Of a stretch of 64,000 nucleotides of DNA, positions 1 to 9,584 are shown in pieces. This DNA is from Tubulanus polymorphus (lineage: Eukaryota; Animalia; Nemertea), in the NCBI RefSeq assembly GCF_964204645.1, contig NC_134030.1:2029355-2093354 (forward strand), in the 5' to 3' direction. Under the pieces are notes generated by a model. That model was given only the letters and a program-made list of their open reading frames with translations. It ran no database searches and was not told the DNA's origin. A program made the position numbers and the translations under genes. Numbering within the stretch: position 1 is the first letter of the stretch; each line of letters begins with the position of its first letter.

Positions 1-136
1 TTGGATTGTAAGGGACACCAAATCAGTCAATCAAATAAATAATACAAACAATCATCTCCTTATATTTCAAATATCTCAAAATCTACTCATAACTTAACAA
101 CTCTTCCGATTCTGAAAATTTCAATTTTTGTTGCAG

Positions 137-235
137 TTTTTTTATTTGCCGATGGCTATTGTCGGAGTTCCACCGTCATTGTATTTGGTGCACGCACATT
201 TTAACTTGCTTTATCAGTTTTGGATTCACACAGAG
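137..235 (+). CDS. AGMO: AGMO exon (FFYLPMAIVGVPPSLYLVHAHFNLLYQFWIHTE)
   Basis: ttgcag acceptor, gag|gtacg donor, 99 nt open. Confidence 0.93.
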
Positions 236-2886
236 GTACGTTTCAATCACCTGAAATCACTAACAGAATCACGATGATGAAAACATGGTTTGGATTAGAA
301 TTACAGTTGAAAAAATCAAACGACTAAAATTCAATTTATTTTTCTCTTCAGATGTTAACTGGTGTATTTTGATGAATTCAATGATTTGATTATTAATTGA
401 ATTACAGATTGTAGGTAAATTAGGACCACTGGAGTATATACTGAATACACCGAGTCTTCATCGCGTTCATCACGGTAGAAACAGATATTGTATCGATAAA
501 AACTATGGTGGAACTTTGATTATCTGGGATTTATTATTCGGTAAGATCTGAATTTGTAATCGATCATCAGTTACACAGTTGACTGTGGATCCAGTTCTAC
601 AGTTGACTGTGGATTCAGTTCCACAGTTGACTGTGGATCCAGTTCCACGGTTGACTGGATCCAGTTCCGCAGTTGACTGTGGATCCAGTTCCACAGTTGA
701 CTGTGGATCCAGTTCTACAGTTGACTGTGGATTCAGTTCCACAGTTGACTGTGGATCCAGTTCCACAGTTGACTGGATCCTGTTCCGCAGTTGACTGTGG
801 ATCCAGTTCTACAGTTGACTGTGGATTCAGTTCTACAGTTGACTGTGGATTCAGTTCCACAGTTGACTGTGGATCCAGTTCCACAGTTGACTGTGGATCC
901 AGTTCTACAGTTGACTGTGGATTCAGTTCCACAGTTGACTGTGGATCCAGTTCCACAGTTGACTGTGGATCCAGTTCCACAGTTGTGTGGGTCTGATTGG
1001 ATCCAGTTCCACAGTTATGTGTAGATTATCTGTAAGTTAAAGATGAAAGGCACTGTTTTATTTTCTAAGGTACATACGCCAGTGAAACTGATGAAGTTGT
1101 TTATGGTTTAGTTCATCCACTCGGTACTTTTGATTCAATCCATGTACAAGTAAGAAATCATTTCACACTAAAAAATATGTTGGACATGTTTTTGCCGATA
1201 CTCGGCTCCCTGTGTATGCAACTCGTCAATATCTTGTATTTTACAGTTGTGTCATTTTAAATGGATTTGGAGTCAGTTTTGGAAAATGGACGGTTTGAAG
1301 AATAAATTGTCGGTGATTTTGAAAGGTCCCGGTTGGGAACCCGGTAAACCACGTCTCGGTTATAAGGATGATATTCCCGATGTAAGTGATCAATCGATTT
1401 TATGTAATTTGTGAATCTCGATGAAATTTAATTACACAAAATGATATTATCTAAGAATCTGTGAAATTCTGTTTCTTCACCACAGTGAGCAGTCAGTAAC
1501 CTGTCTGTGGTTTAGTTTAACGATCGGATATTTTCACAAACCACAATAAGTTGGTATAAGCACATCCGATTATAAAAATCTTACCACCAACGATTAGGTA
1601 ACTAACAACACAGTGATATAAATCAGCGATGGACTTTGTTAATATATCGCGTGATTGCGCATTAATGTCATTAGTAATTAGTTATAATTTACATTAAAAG
1701 ATGGCAGGTCAATCGCTGAAATATTAGTAACTAATGATGCCGGTTATCCAACTGGGTGGAATTTTTTTCCGATCGTCTTATTATCTCAAGCACTTTCAGA
1801 TATCAATTAGTCATCACTGAAAGGTTAACCCTTTCAGTGCATCTACACCGCAGTGCGGTGTATAAATCAGTGATGGATTTTGCTAGTACACCGCACTGCG
1901 GTGTATTGATGTAATTAGTAATTTGTAATTATCTCTATTGAAAAATGGCAGCAAGTGTCAAACATAGTGAAATACTAGTAACTAACGATACACCGCACTG
2001 CGGCACTATAGGGTATTAATTAGTCAGCACTGAAAGGGTTAAAGAATCTAAAAAGTATTTACATTTGATTTCTCCGTAGATATCCGCCCCTCAGCCACGG
2101 TACGACCCACAGTTGCCGACGTGGTGTGGTGTCTACATTCTATTGCATACTGGTTTATTGGTATTTGGATATTTATGGTTATTGAATATTTCTGAGGTGC
2201 GTAACTGAACTATAGCAACTGTGCGACTGAATTGTGTGGAATATCGGGTTCCCGTTAGCCTTGACATGTTACGTACTAATAATTCAATACCGATGTTTTT
2301 CATATTTTGTAGATACTTCAACAGGTGCTAGTCATTGCCGGTGTTCTTTATATACTGTTAGCTTTATCTACATTCGGATGGATTTGTGATCATAGGTACG
2401 TTAAATAGAAAACAATTTCGGATGCAGTTTAAAATTTCAGATCGAACTGATTTCGAAATTTGAATATTTGAAAAATATCCGATCATGAATTAAGACTGGT
2501 CTCAATGTTGAGCCAATTTTGAAATAATAAAACATGACATTGTGCAGTAAACCTCGCGTACGATGTTAGAAAAAGTCGGAAAAGTGATTTCCTTTTCGTC
2601 CGGTTTCGAAAAGTTTGGAAAAGTCGTACTATTAAAAATCTCAATCAGCCTTGATCAACTCTTGCGTGCTGTCTCTATTTTCAGGACGTTTGCGCCTATT
2701 GTTGAATTACAACGCTGTCTCTTCACGATCGCCGTATATCTATTGTGCCGTTGCCGCGGTTACGTTCCACCGGTCGCGATTGTGTTTGAATTGGCGAACG
2801 TGTTTTTCATATTTTCGGCGGTGCTGTGGTCGATTCAATCTTACAAACAATTCTTCAACACGTCTAAATCGACGAAAACCCAATAA
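137..2886 (+). CDS. AGMO: Alkylglycerol monooxygenase, 3' part (7 exons; 5' exons lie upstream of the window)
   Basis: Exons 137-235, 408-540, 1070-1149, 1247-1381, 2080-2196, 2313-2395 and 2685-2886 all have GT-AG boundaries and compatible phases. The spliced product contains FNLLYQFWIHTE, NTPSLHRVHHGRNRYCIDKNYGG, VVYGLVHP and KGPGWEPGKPRLG, which I recognise as AGMO (fatty-acid-hydroxylase His box plus AGMO C-terminal region). Confidence 0.96.
408..540 (+). CDS. AGMO: AGMO exon with HRVHH metal-binding box
   Basis: ttacag acceptor, g|gtaag donor; IVGKLGPLEYILNTPSLHRVHHGRNRYCIDKNYGGTLIIWDLLF. Confidence 0.95.
568..1016. repeat. 24-bp intronic minisatellite (GTTCCACAGTTGACTGTGGATCCA)n, ~19 copies
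   Basis: Tandem units visible directly; the 8-aa periodic ORFs on both strands reflect the 24-bp period. Confidence 0.95.
1070..1149 (+). CDS. AGMO: AGMO exon (GTYASETDEVVYGLVHPLGTFDSIHVQ)
   Basis: ttttctaag acceptor, caa|gtaag donor, phase matches neighbours. Confidence 0.92.
1247..1381 (+). CDS. AGMO: AGMO exon (LCHFKWIW...KGPGWEPGKPRLGYKDDIPD)
   Basis: ttacag acceptor, gat|gtaag donor, 135 nt open. Confidence 0.94.
1610..1824. mobile_element. Older degenerate relative of the adjacent piggyBac-type MITE
   Basis: Shares TATAAATCAG(C/T)GATGGA, AGTAATT, ATGGCAG, TAGTAACTAA and the right end AATTAGTCA.CACTGAAAGG-TTAA with 1829-2038; left end not found. Confidence 0.6.
1829..2038. mobile_element. 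piggyBac-type MITE, 210 bp
   Basis: TTAA (1825-1828) + CCCTTTCAGTGC ... GCACTGAAAGGG + TTAA (2039-2042): perfect 12-bp TIR with TTAA target duplication. Confidence 0.85.
2080..2196 (+). CDS. AGMO: AGMO exon (ISAPQPRYDPQLPTWCGVYILLHTGLLVFGYLWLLNISE)
   Basis: ccgtag acceptor, gag|gtgcg donor, hydrophobic helix as expected. Confidence 0.88.
2313..2395 (+). CDS. AGMO: AGMO exon (ILQQVLVIAGVLYILLALSTFGWICDH)
   Basis: tttgtag acceptor, ag|gtacg donor, transmembrane-like segment. Confidence 0.85.
2685..2886 (+). CDS. AGMO: AGMO last coding exon
   Basis: ttttcag acceptor, phase 2; RTFAPIVELQRCLF...KTQ* (3' part of ORF 2563..2886); the stop codon lies inside an AATAAA at 2882-2887. Confidence 0.88.
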
Positions 2887-3089
2887 ACAATAATTGAATT
2901 CTGTTTCTAATTCACCGATCATCATTCCTTTTCCTTCTCAACAATTTCTGTCTCAAATAATATGAACTTTTCTGATTGAAAATTTTCAGTTCAATTCACT
3001 TATATATTCAAGTATAACAGTATTCGAACTCTGGTACTAAAAAATAGAGTGGACTTCAGTAATGTGACAGATTACACATTACATGTTAT

Positions 3090-3745
3090 TTCAATTTAAT
3101 TTACTCAGTGTCATAATTTGGATAAGTCGTCACCTTACTGAAGTCATCTCTATTTTTGAGTTTCAATTTGTATTTCTAATTCTATTTACTAAGTGTAAGT
3201 CATAATTTGGATAAGTCGTCACATAACTGAAGTCATCTCTATTTTTGAGTTTCAATTTGTATTTCTAATTCTATTTACTAAGTGTAAGTCATAATTTGGA
3301 TAAGTCGTCACATTCCTGATGTCATCTCTATTTTTGAGTTTCAATTTGTATTCTAATTCAATTTACTAAGTGTAAGTCATCATTTGGATAAATCGTCACA
3401 TTACTGAAGTCATCTCTATTTTTGAGTTTCAATTTGTATTCTAATTCTATTTACTAAGTGTAAGTCATAATTTGGATAAGTCGTCACATTCCTGAAGTCA
3501 TCTCTATTTTTGAGTCTCAATTTATGTATTTCTAATTCTATTTACTAAATGTAAGTCATCATTTGGATAAGTCGTCACATTACTGAAGTCATCTCTATTT
3601 TTAGTCTCAATTTGTATTTCTAATTCAATTTACTAAATGTAAGTCATCATTTGGATAAGTCGTCACATTACTGAAGTCATCTCTATTTTTTAGTCTCAAT
3701 TTGTATTTCTAATTTTATTTACTAAGTGTTAGTCATCATTTGGTT
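3090..3745. repeat. ~89-bp tandem repeat, ~7 copies, just downstream of AGMO
   Basis: GATAAGTCGTCAC recurs at 3121, 3210, 3299 and onward. Confidence 0.92.
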
Positions 3746-4532
3746 AAGATCATCCAAACAACAAATGTTGAGCGAATTTGACTCAAGCGAACTTGTGTAT
3801 CGACCTTGAACATGTTTTTTACTAGATTGCACTATAAGGAATGATCGATATTTACCCACTCAGTATTGACTCAATAAATCTATCAATGTTTCCCCGGAAT
3901 AAACGCCGAATATGATCAATGATTCTAAACGGAATCTATACTAAAGATTATAAATTTAATTTTACATTGTTATTATTTGTTATATAAACAAGAATAGTTT
4001 ATTTGATGTTGAAATGATATTTTATATAACGATAGTAAATCGATCGATGTTTGTGATTTTTAACTGCTGAATAAATAAAGACATATTTTGCCCTGGATTC
4101 AAATTGTTTTCGTTCTTGATCACTGAAATGAACTGCAAGCACATAGAATGCATCATGTGTCCTTGACATTACATAACACACGAGGCCAGTTTTATAAGCA
4201 GGTGACAATATGCTGTTGATTACTTATAGGACTCTTGTACGGAGGATAATGTGCAGTTTGTATGAGTCCATCCGCTGTCTGTATCCAAACCCCTCAGACA
4301 ATCTATTTACCCCTTCAATCTGCTTCCTATACTCTCTTCCTGTGAAAATCTGCTGTCCGGACCCCGAATTTGTAGCTTCGAACATGCTGTCTGGCTGCAG
4401 GTAGTTGGCTAGAGTTAACCAGAAAGATATAGTGACATAGTGAAATTCTAAATTTCATTGTTATTATGGTATTTATCTGCAGGTTATCTTTAACCGATTT
4501 TTCAGCAACTGCAGCCTCTGTCTGGACCCTCA

Positions 4533-4690
4533 GTGACAGAATCTGCTGTCTGCCCACTCAAGACAATCTGCAGTCTGCCCACTCAAGACAATCTGCTGTC
4601 TGCCCACTCAGACAATCTGCTGTCCGCACCCCCAGAATTTGTTACTCGGACAATCTGCTGTCTGTTCCCTCAGACAATCTGCTGTCTACA
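4533..4690. repeat. ~25-bp degenerate minisatellite (GACAATCTGCTGTCTGCCCACTCA)
   Basis: Six near-tandem AATCTGC(T/A)GTC cores, plus scattered copies at 4297-4360. Confidence 0.75.
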
Positions 4691-4905
4691 AAATGAATTC
4701 ATTCAAGTCATAATGAATATAATAGAATTGTCCTCCAATGACCAGCTATTGATGACGAAAAACATGAAAACCATGAATTAATGTTCATATTCACACTTTA
4801 ATATAATACACTGTTGAGAATAGATGAATTAATACATCACTGCCTACACAACATAAACAAATACATTCATATCTGAATTAACATTATTACCTGAAAAAAG
4901 TTGTT

Positions 4906-5034
4906 CAAGGCCCAGTTTCACGAAAAAGTTTAAGCCTAAAACGGTTAAGTTTGAATTGTTGTCGTCATTGAAAACATGAAGTAACCAATGGCAATTACAC
5001 TAAAAATTTGAGTTTTTTGTGAAACTGAGCCCTG
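4906..5034. mobile_element. Short MITE-like element with ~22-bp imperfect TIRs
   Basis: CAAGGCCCAGTTTCACGAAAAA ... TTTTTTGTGAAACTGAGCCCTG are reverse complements with 3 mismatches; no clear TSD. Confidence 0.6.
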
Positions 5035-6221
5035 GTACTTTTCTTTGATTCTCAATTGGAAAATATATCTAGGTCAATTGTCACTATGTCAACTATCTAC
5101 CGGTTAACAGAGCAACTGGCCTCTTAATATTGTGAATAAACAAATTGACGAATTTATACAGGAAGAGAATAAAACCTGTAGAAATGTAGATTACATAGCA
5201 GTGCACCGGTGCAATTGAGTCAGGGCTAGGGAAGCATTCAGAGCGTTATCGATTGTTGACTTATAGACAGTTCCGTGAATAACAAAATATCTAACATGCT
5301 TTCATGACACAAAACATGAACAGACCAATAAAAGGAGACATATACACGTATTTTTAGAACAAACTGATTAGGTTTTGGTTTATTCAGTTTATTGGCTTCT
5401 GAAACCAGTTTATGCAATGTAAAAGCTTTACTCAAAACGCCTAGGTTTACGGTGCCGGGTTCATAAACCAGGGACGCATCCAGACGCGAGCCATTTTGTA
5501 AAATTCTGCCTCTGGATTCGCCCTTGACAAAACCAGTGTAAACAAATGTGATTTTTAAGTGGTTTGCTTTAGACACAAGAGACGGACCCACACAACATGC
5601 CTAAGGTTTAAACAGATGAATGACTCGATGGCTTTAGATGCTGAATACACGTAGTAAGAATTATTCAGCAGCGGAGACTTGAGAGATTTATAATCTCGGT
5701 ATAAACATAGACATTTTGATGATGTTGGAATGGACTTGATTCAAGTAGATTCAAGACAATATGATAGAGAAGAATCTGGAAATAAAATAGAGACACATTG
5801 AGTGATGTGACCGACTTATGCAAATTGACAATAATTCCTATTTTAGAGTGCAAAAACACTTGATACACAATACATTCGCTGGTAATAGTTTAAAACATTT
5901 TCTAAGTCTCAGTGTTCTCCATCTAGCGGAAGGAGCTGTATTTGTTGGGTATGATATCGGTGCTGAAGTAGCAAAGCAATACAGAAAGTTAAGCTTAATT
6001 TTTGTTCAATCACCTATAGGGGCAGTGGATATTTTCAGAGGGGTGGATGTAAAAAGGAATGGGGTGGCCGCCCGTTAGTTAAAACCTTGTGGAGATCACT
6101 TGAGTCTTGACTATGTTAATAGTACATACACTGCAAAACAACAAAAATATACATTATTATCACAACTATATTGAAGCATTTTGAGATTGTCGAAAAAAAC
6201 TACACACAATTCATATTAAAA

Positions 6222-8912
6222 TCATCGTGAAAATGATCGGTTTCTTTTCACCGGTATATTCTGTTCGATTGTCTCATCGTCGAGGCAACGCTTAGGGCTA
6301 AGCCTCTCATTGGTTGATTCAGTGACTGTATCCGTGGAGTTGGCAGACGCATTCTGCCGTAAATCATTTATTTCTGTCGTCGTTTCCGGTAAATTTGACA
6401 ATCCGAACAACTTCGATTGTTCGTTAATCCGCGACCGAAGATCGTCGATATCGATATCAAAATCAGCGGGCTGCGCCGTCATTGTTGTGGTGGCCGCGGC
6501 GATATCGAAACTCAACTCGACGTCTCCCGATTTACACGAGTTCAAACACGAGTCGATGACGTCATCGGTGATCGTCATGTCGACCGGTTGTTGAATAAAT
6601 CCGTCTGCCGACGACGATGACGTAAACGAGAATAACCCGAACGATTTATTGAAACGTTCTGTCGCCGCGGTAACCGTGGTACCGTGTTTGAATTTTGCAT
6701 TGTTGCGTCGTTTCACGGGTCGTTCGCCGTAACCCTTCGCGTAACACATCTGAGCGACAGGATTGTTTTTAGCGGCATCACGCGGAGGACGGTAACCACG
6801 CAGCGGTCGGTTACCGCACTTCTGACACGTACACATAGTATCGACTCCGTCGAGTTTATCTCGGAATAATCTCGACAACGAGGTCGTCTCAGCTGACAGA
6901 TCGATTACACCCCGTTCTAACAATCCGATGATACATTTCTCCATTAAATCAATGACGTTGATTTCGTCGTCGTCGGTTGTTGTTTTATCGTTTGTTGTTT
7001 CGATGTTCTCTTTATTCGCGTCGTCCTCCTTCAAGTCGTGCTCTTTACTCAGATTATCGACGTGTTCTTTCGGTAAGTTTTGGAAGTACTTCGGTTCGTA
7101 AGGTTTGACGAGATTCATCGGGATCGCCGGTGATTCCCGTTCGTAATCGCTACAAACCCGTCTAACCGAAATCATCTGTTGGACCGATCTGTTGCCTGGT
7201 AACACGTGACTAGGCTCATTGCCTGGTAACATACGAGTATGCCCATTGTTGTTCGTTGATGTAGGTATTATCAGATCACGTCCACCCACTGCTGCTGCTG
7301 CTGCTGGTGGTGACATCATGTCAATAGATTCATTACTCGAGAACATTGGAGCAGCAGATCTATTAATATCTCTGCGGTGATATACTCCGGGTTCACTCGG
7401 AGACCAACTAGCAGGCTGGATACAACAACCGACAGGCTGGTTGCATGAAGCAGGCTGGATACAATGACCGACAGGCTGGTTGCATGAAGCAGGCTGGATA
7501 CAACGCCCAGGCTGGTTGCATGAAGCAAGCTGGTTGTGAGGAACAGGCTGGTTTAGAGAAGCATGCTGATTATGAGGAACAGGTTGATTGCACGGAGACA
7601 GTTGTCCGGGCTGGCTGCGCAGTACAGATGCTGACTGGTTTGAGACAGGTGCTGAATGCGTAGATACAGCAGGTACCGGCCTGATTAATGGAATGTGTGC
7701 TATTTGATATCTCTTTTGATATTGATAATAAAACTGTTCACGTTGTTGATTAAACCAAACACCTTTCAAGTGGCGAGAAGTGTTACTATCAAACTCATAT
7801 CTGTGAAGATGAAGATGATTAGAGGAAGGGGAGTTGAATCTGTTGTATTGATGATAAGTCTTTTGTGGTAGATATTCAGGTATTTTCAGTAATGGTGGTG
7901 GTGCAGTACCAGCAGCAGCAGTACCAGCAGCACCAGCAGCTGCTATGGCTTTTTGTCTCCTCGCTGATTGTAGAATATCAAGCGTGTGCTGATGTCGATT
8001 CCACATGAAATCAACCGGTGATCGTTGATGTTGATGATGTTGATGATGCTGCTGCTGCTGTTGTTGATGCTGCTGCTGATACTGGTAAAAGTTTTTCTGA
8101 AATTTGTCCACAATCGTTTTTGCGAAATGTCCTTGAAGCGTGGAGACAATGTTTGTACGCGGAGGAGGTATAAGCAGTGGAGGAGGTGGTGATGGTGCTC
8201 TGACTATTTGAGGGTTATTCGTCCATGTAGCGGTCACTGGTATATTCTCCAATGGTTGACGTTTGAGGCTGAAATCTAAATCAAACATTGATGACTGGTA
8301 GGGGAAAGTGCGAGGAGTTGGGGAAGTGCGAGGAGTTGGGGAAGTACAAGGTGCTGATTGAGGGGGCGTATGAGGGGCTGGTTGAGGGAACATGTGAGGG
8401 GCTTGTTGAACCACTTGATGAGGAGTTGAGCCAATTATGTGATGGGCTAGATGTGGAGCCGATTGAGGGGATATTTGAAGGGCTGACTGGCCGAAATACA
8501 CAGGCAGTTTTTGCATGTGTTCTGAATCACTCTTATTTCTAAGTGCTGCTGGTGTTAGTGCTGTAGGTTCTGTTGCTGCAGGTTTTGTTGGTGGTGAAGG
8601 TTCTGCTGGTCCAGGTTCTGAGATATTTTCATCCTCATCAAAATCGATGTTTAATCTCTTATGATTATCGACGGGACTGTCTGAATTATATCCGCTATCG
8701 AACGCGTCATCCGGTACCGTATCCATGACGACGATTGCGTTATTTTCCGTAGTCTGTTGTTGTTGGTCACTAGGTGGCGGTAGCGATGGTGCCGTTGTTA
8801 GATACTCGTTCACCATTTTGTCGAGGTTTTTGTGTGGTTTATATAAGCGATGATGCGGATGCTGGTTAAGTCGTCCTGAAGATGGATGAATCAAAGTGAC
8901 GTTCTGTAACAT
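6222..8912 (-). CDS. Uncharacterised ~896-aa, largely disordered P/Q/H/S-rich protein encoded by one large exon
   Basis: 2.7-kb uninterrupted ORF in AT-rich DNA. A splice acceptor (atttacag|) opens the exon at 8945 and the first in-exon ATG is at 8912 (MLQNVT). It has poly-Q/H and poly-P tracts, DSGYNS, a CTCQKC cluster and a basic C-terminus. No family recognised. Confidence 0.82.
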   Translation of the reverse strand: MLQNVTLIHPSSGRLNQHPHHRLYKPHKNLDKMVNEYLTTAPSLPPPSDQQQQTTENNAIVVMDTVPDDAFDSGYNSDSPVDNHKRLNIDFDEDENISEPGPAEPSPPTKPAATEPTALTPAALRNKSDSEHMQKLPVYFGQSALQISPQSAPHLAHHIIGSTPHQVVQQAPHMFPQPAPHTPPQSAPCTSPTPRTSPTPRTFPYQSSMFDLDFSLKRQPLENIPVTATWTNNPQIVRAPSPPPPLLIPPPRTNIVSTLQGHFAKTIVDKFQKNFYQYQQQHQQQQQQHHQHHQHQRSPVDFMWNRHQHTLDILQSARRQKAIAAAGAAGTAAAGTAPPPLLKIPEYLPQKTYHQYNRFNSPSSNHLHLHRYEFDSNTSRHLKGVWFNQQREQFYYQYQKRYQIAHIPLIRPVPAVSTHSAPVSNQSASVLRSQPGQLSPCNQPVPHNQHASLNQPVPHNQLASCNQPGRCIQPASCNQPVGHCIQPASCNQPVGCCIQPASWSPSEPGVYHRRDINRSAAPMFSSNESIDMMSPPAAAAAVGGRDLIIPTSTNNNGHTRMLPGNEPSHVLPGNRSVQQMISVRRVCSDYERESPAIPMNLVKPYEPKYFQNLPKEHVDNLSKEHDLKEDDANKENIETTNDKTTTDDDEINVIDLMEKCIIGLLERGVIDLSAETTSLSRLFRDKLDGVDTMCTCQKCGNRPLRGYRPPRDAAKNNPVAQMCYAKGYGERPVKRRNNAKFKHGTTVTAATERFNKSFGLFSFTSSSSADGFIQQPVDMTITDDVIDSCLNSCKSGDVELSFDIAAATTTMTAQPADFDIDIDDLRSRINEQSKLFGLSNLPETTTEINDLRQNASANSTDTVTESTNERLSPKRCLDDETIEQNIPVKRNRSFSR

Positions 8913-8988
8913 CTTGCCCGATACGGTGACCAATGTTCGAACAACCTGTAAATCATAAATCAAATTTGATAAATATAGAAGCATTCAA

Positions 8989-9245
8989 CAGGGGGCGCCA
9001 CTTTTATTTGACTTTTATTTGCATTTTCCCTGATGTTATTTTCAATCAATTAACTTAGTAATAAAAATGTATGTAAATATAGTAGATGTTATTTTTAATC
9101 AATAAACTGTTTGATTTTACACGCGATCTAAAAATCTCAGCATATTTCCCTGACTTTTCCCTGATTTTTAGCTTTTTTCACAAAATTCCCTGACTTTTTT
9201 AAAGAAAAGAAAATTCCCGACTTTCCCCCTGATTTCCCTCGGTGA
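8989..9245. repeat. Interspersed repeat with multiple TTCCCTGA(C/T) subrepeats (related copy at ~13715-13830)
   Basis: AAATTCCCTGACTTTT / TTTCCCTGATTT motifs recur 5-6 times here and again at 13716-13810. Confidence 0.5.
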
Positions 9246-9332
9246 TACTCATAATTAATTAGAGATTGAAAACGTCTTGCACACATTACACACATCTCTT
9301 ATTTTCCTTTCCTTTAATTGCAACTATAATAT

Positions 9333-9584
9333 CATCTTCACCCGTCAAGGGATTCGAACCCACTACGCTAAAGCTGTTCCCCGAACCCCTTGACCTCACG
9401 AGTCGTTGGAGTCGTTACTAGCCGACCAGAATCCGGTCGTACCAATCACAGCGCTTGTAACAAACCGACAGTAGACTTCTGTTGGTTTTCCCGTTAAATT
9501 GACCAATCAGCGAACGTTTTACCGAACAAGGAAGTATTTCGCAACAGCGCCAGTAATGAAATCACGCTTCGTGAGGCCAGGATG
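9333..9584. mobile_element. Putative non-autonomous insertion flanked by a 9-bp direct repeat
   Basis: CTATAATAT at 9324-9332 and 9585-9593; ends CATC...GATG; internal inverted pair CCTCACGA/TCGTGAGG; reverse B-box GGGATTCGAACCC near 9349. Confidence 0.45.

Noticed and set aside
503-1024. Five overlapping ORFs with 8-aa periodicity
   Set aside because: By-products of the 24-bp minisatellite inside an AGMO intron
6310-8542. Short ORFs overlapping the large ORF
   Set aside because: Antisense or alternative-frame shadows of a GC-richer coding exon
8913-8984. N-terminal 24 aa of the 920-aa ORF (MLLYLSNL...)
   Set aside because: 8946-8984 is an AT-rich acceptor region ending in CAG and is probably intronic; the start is taken at 8912, although an upstream coding exon cannot be excluded
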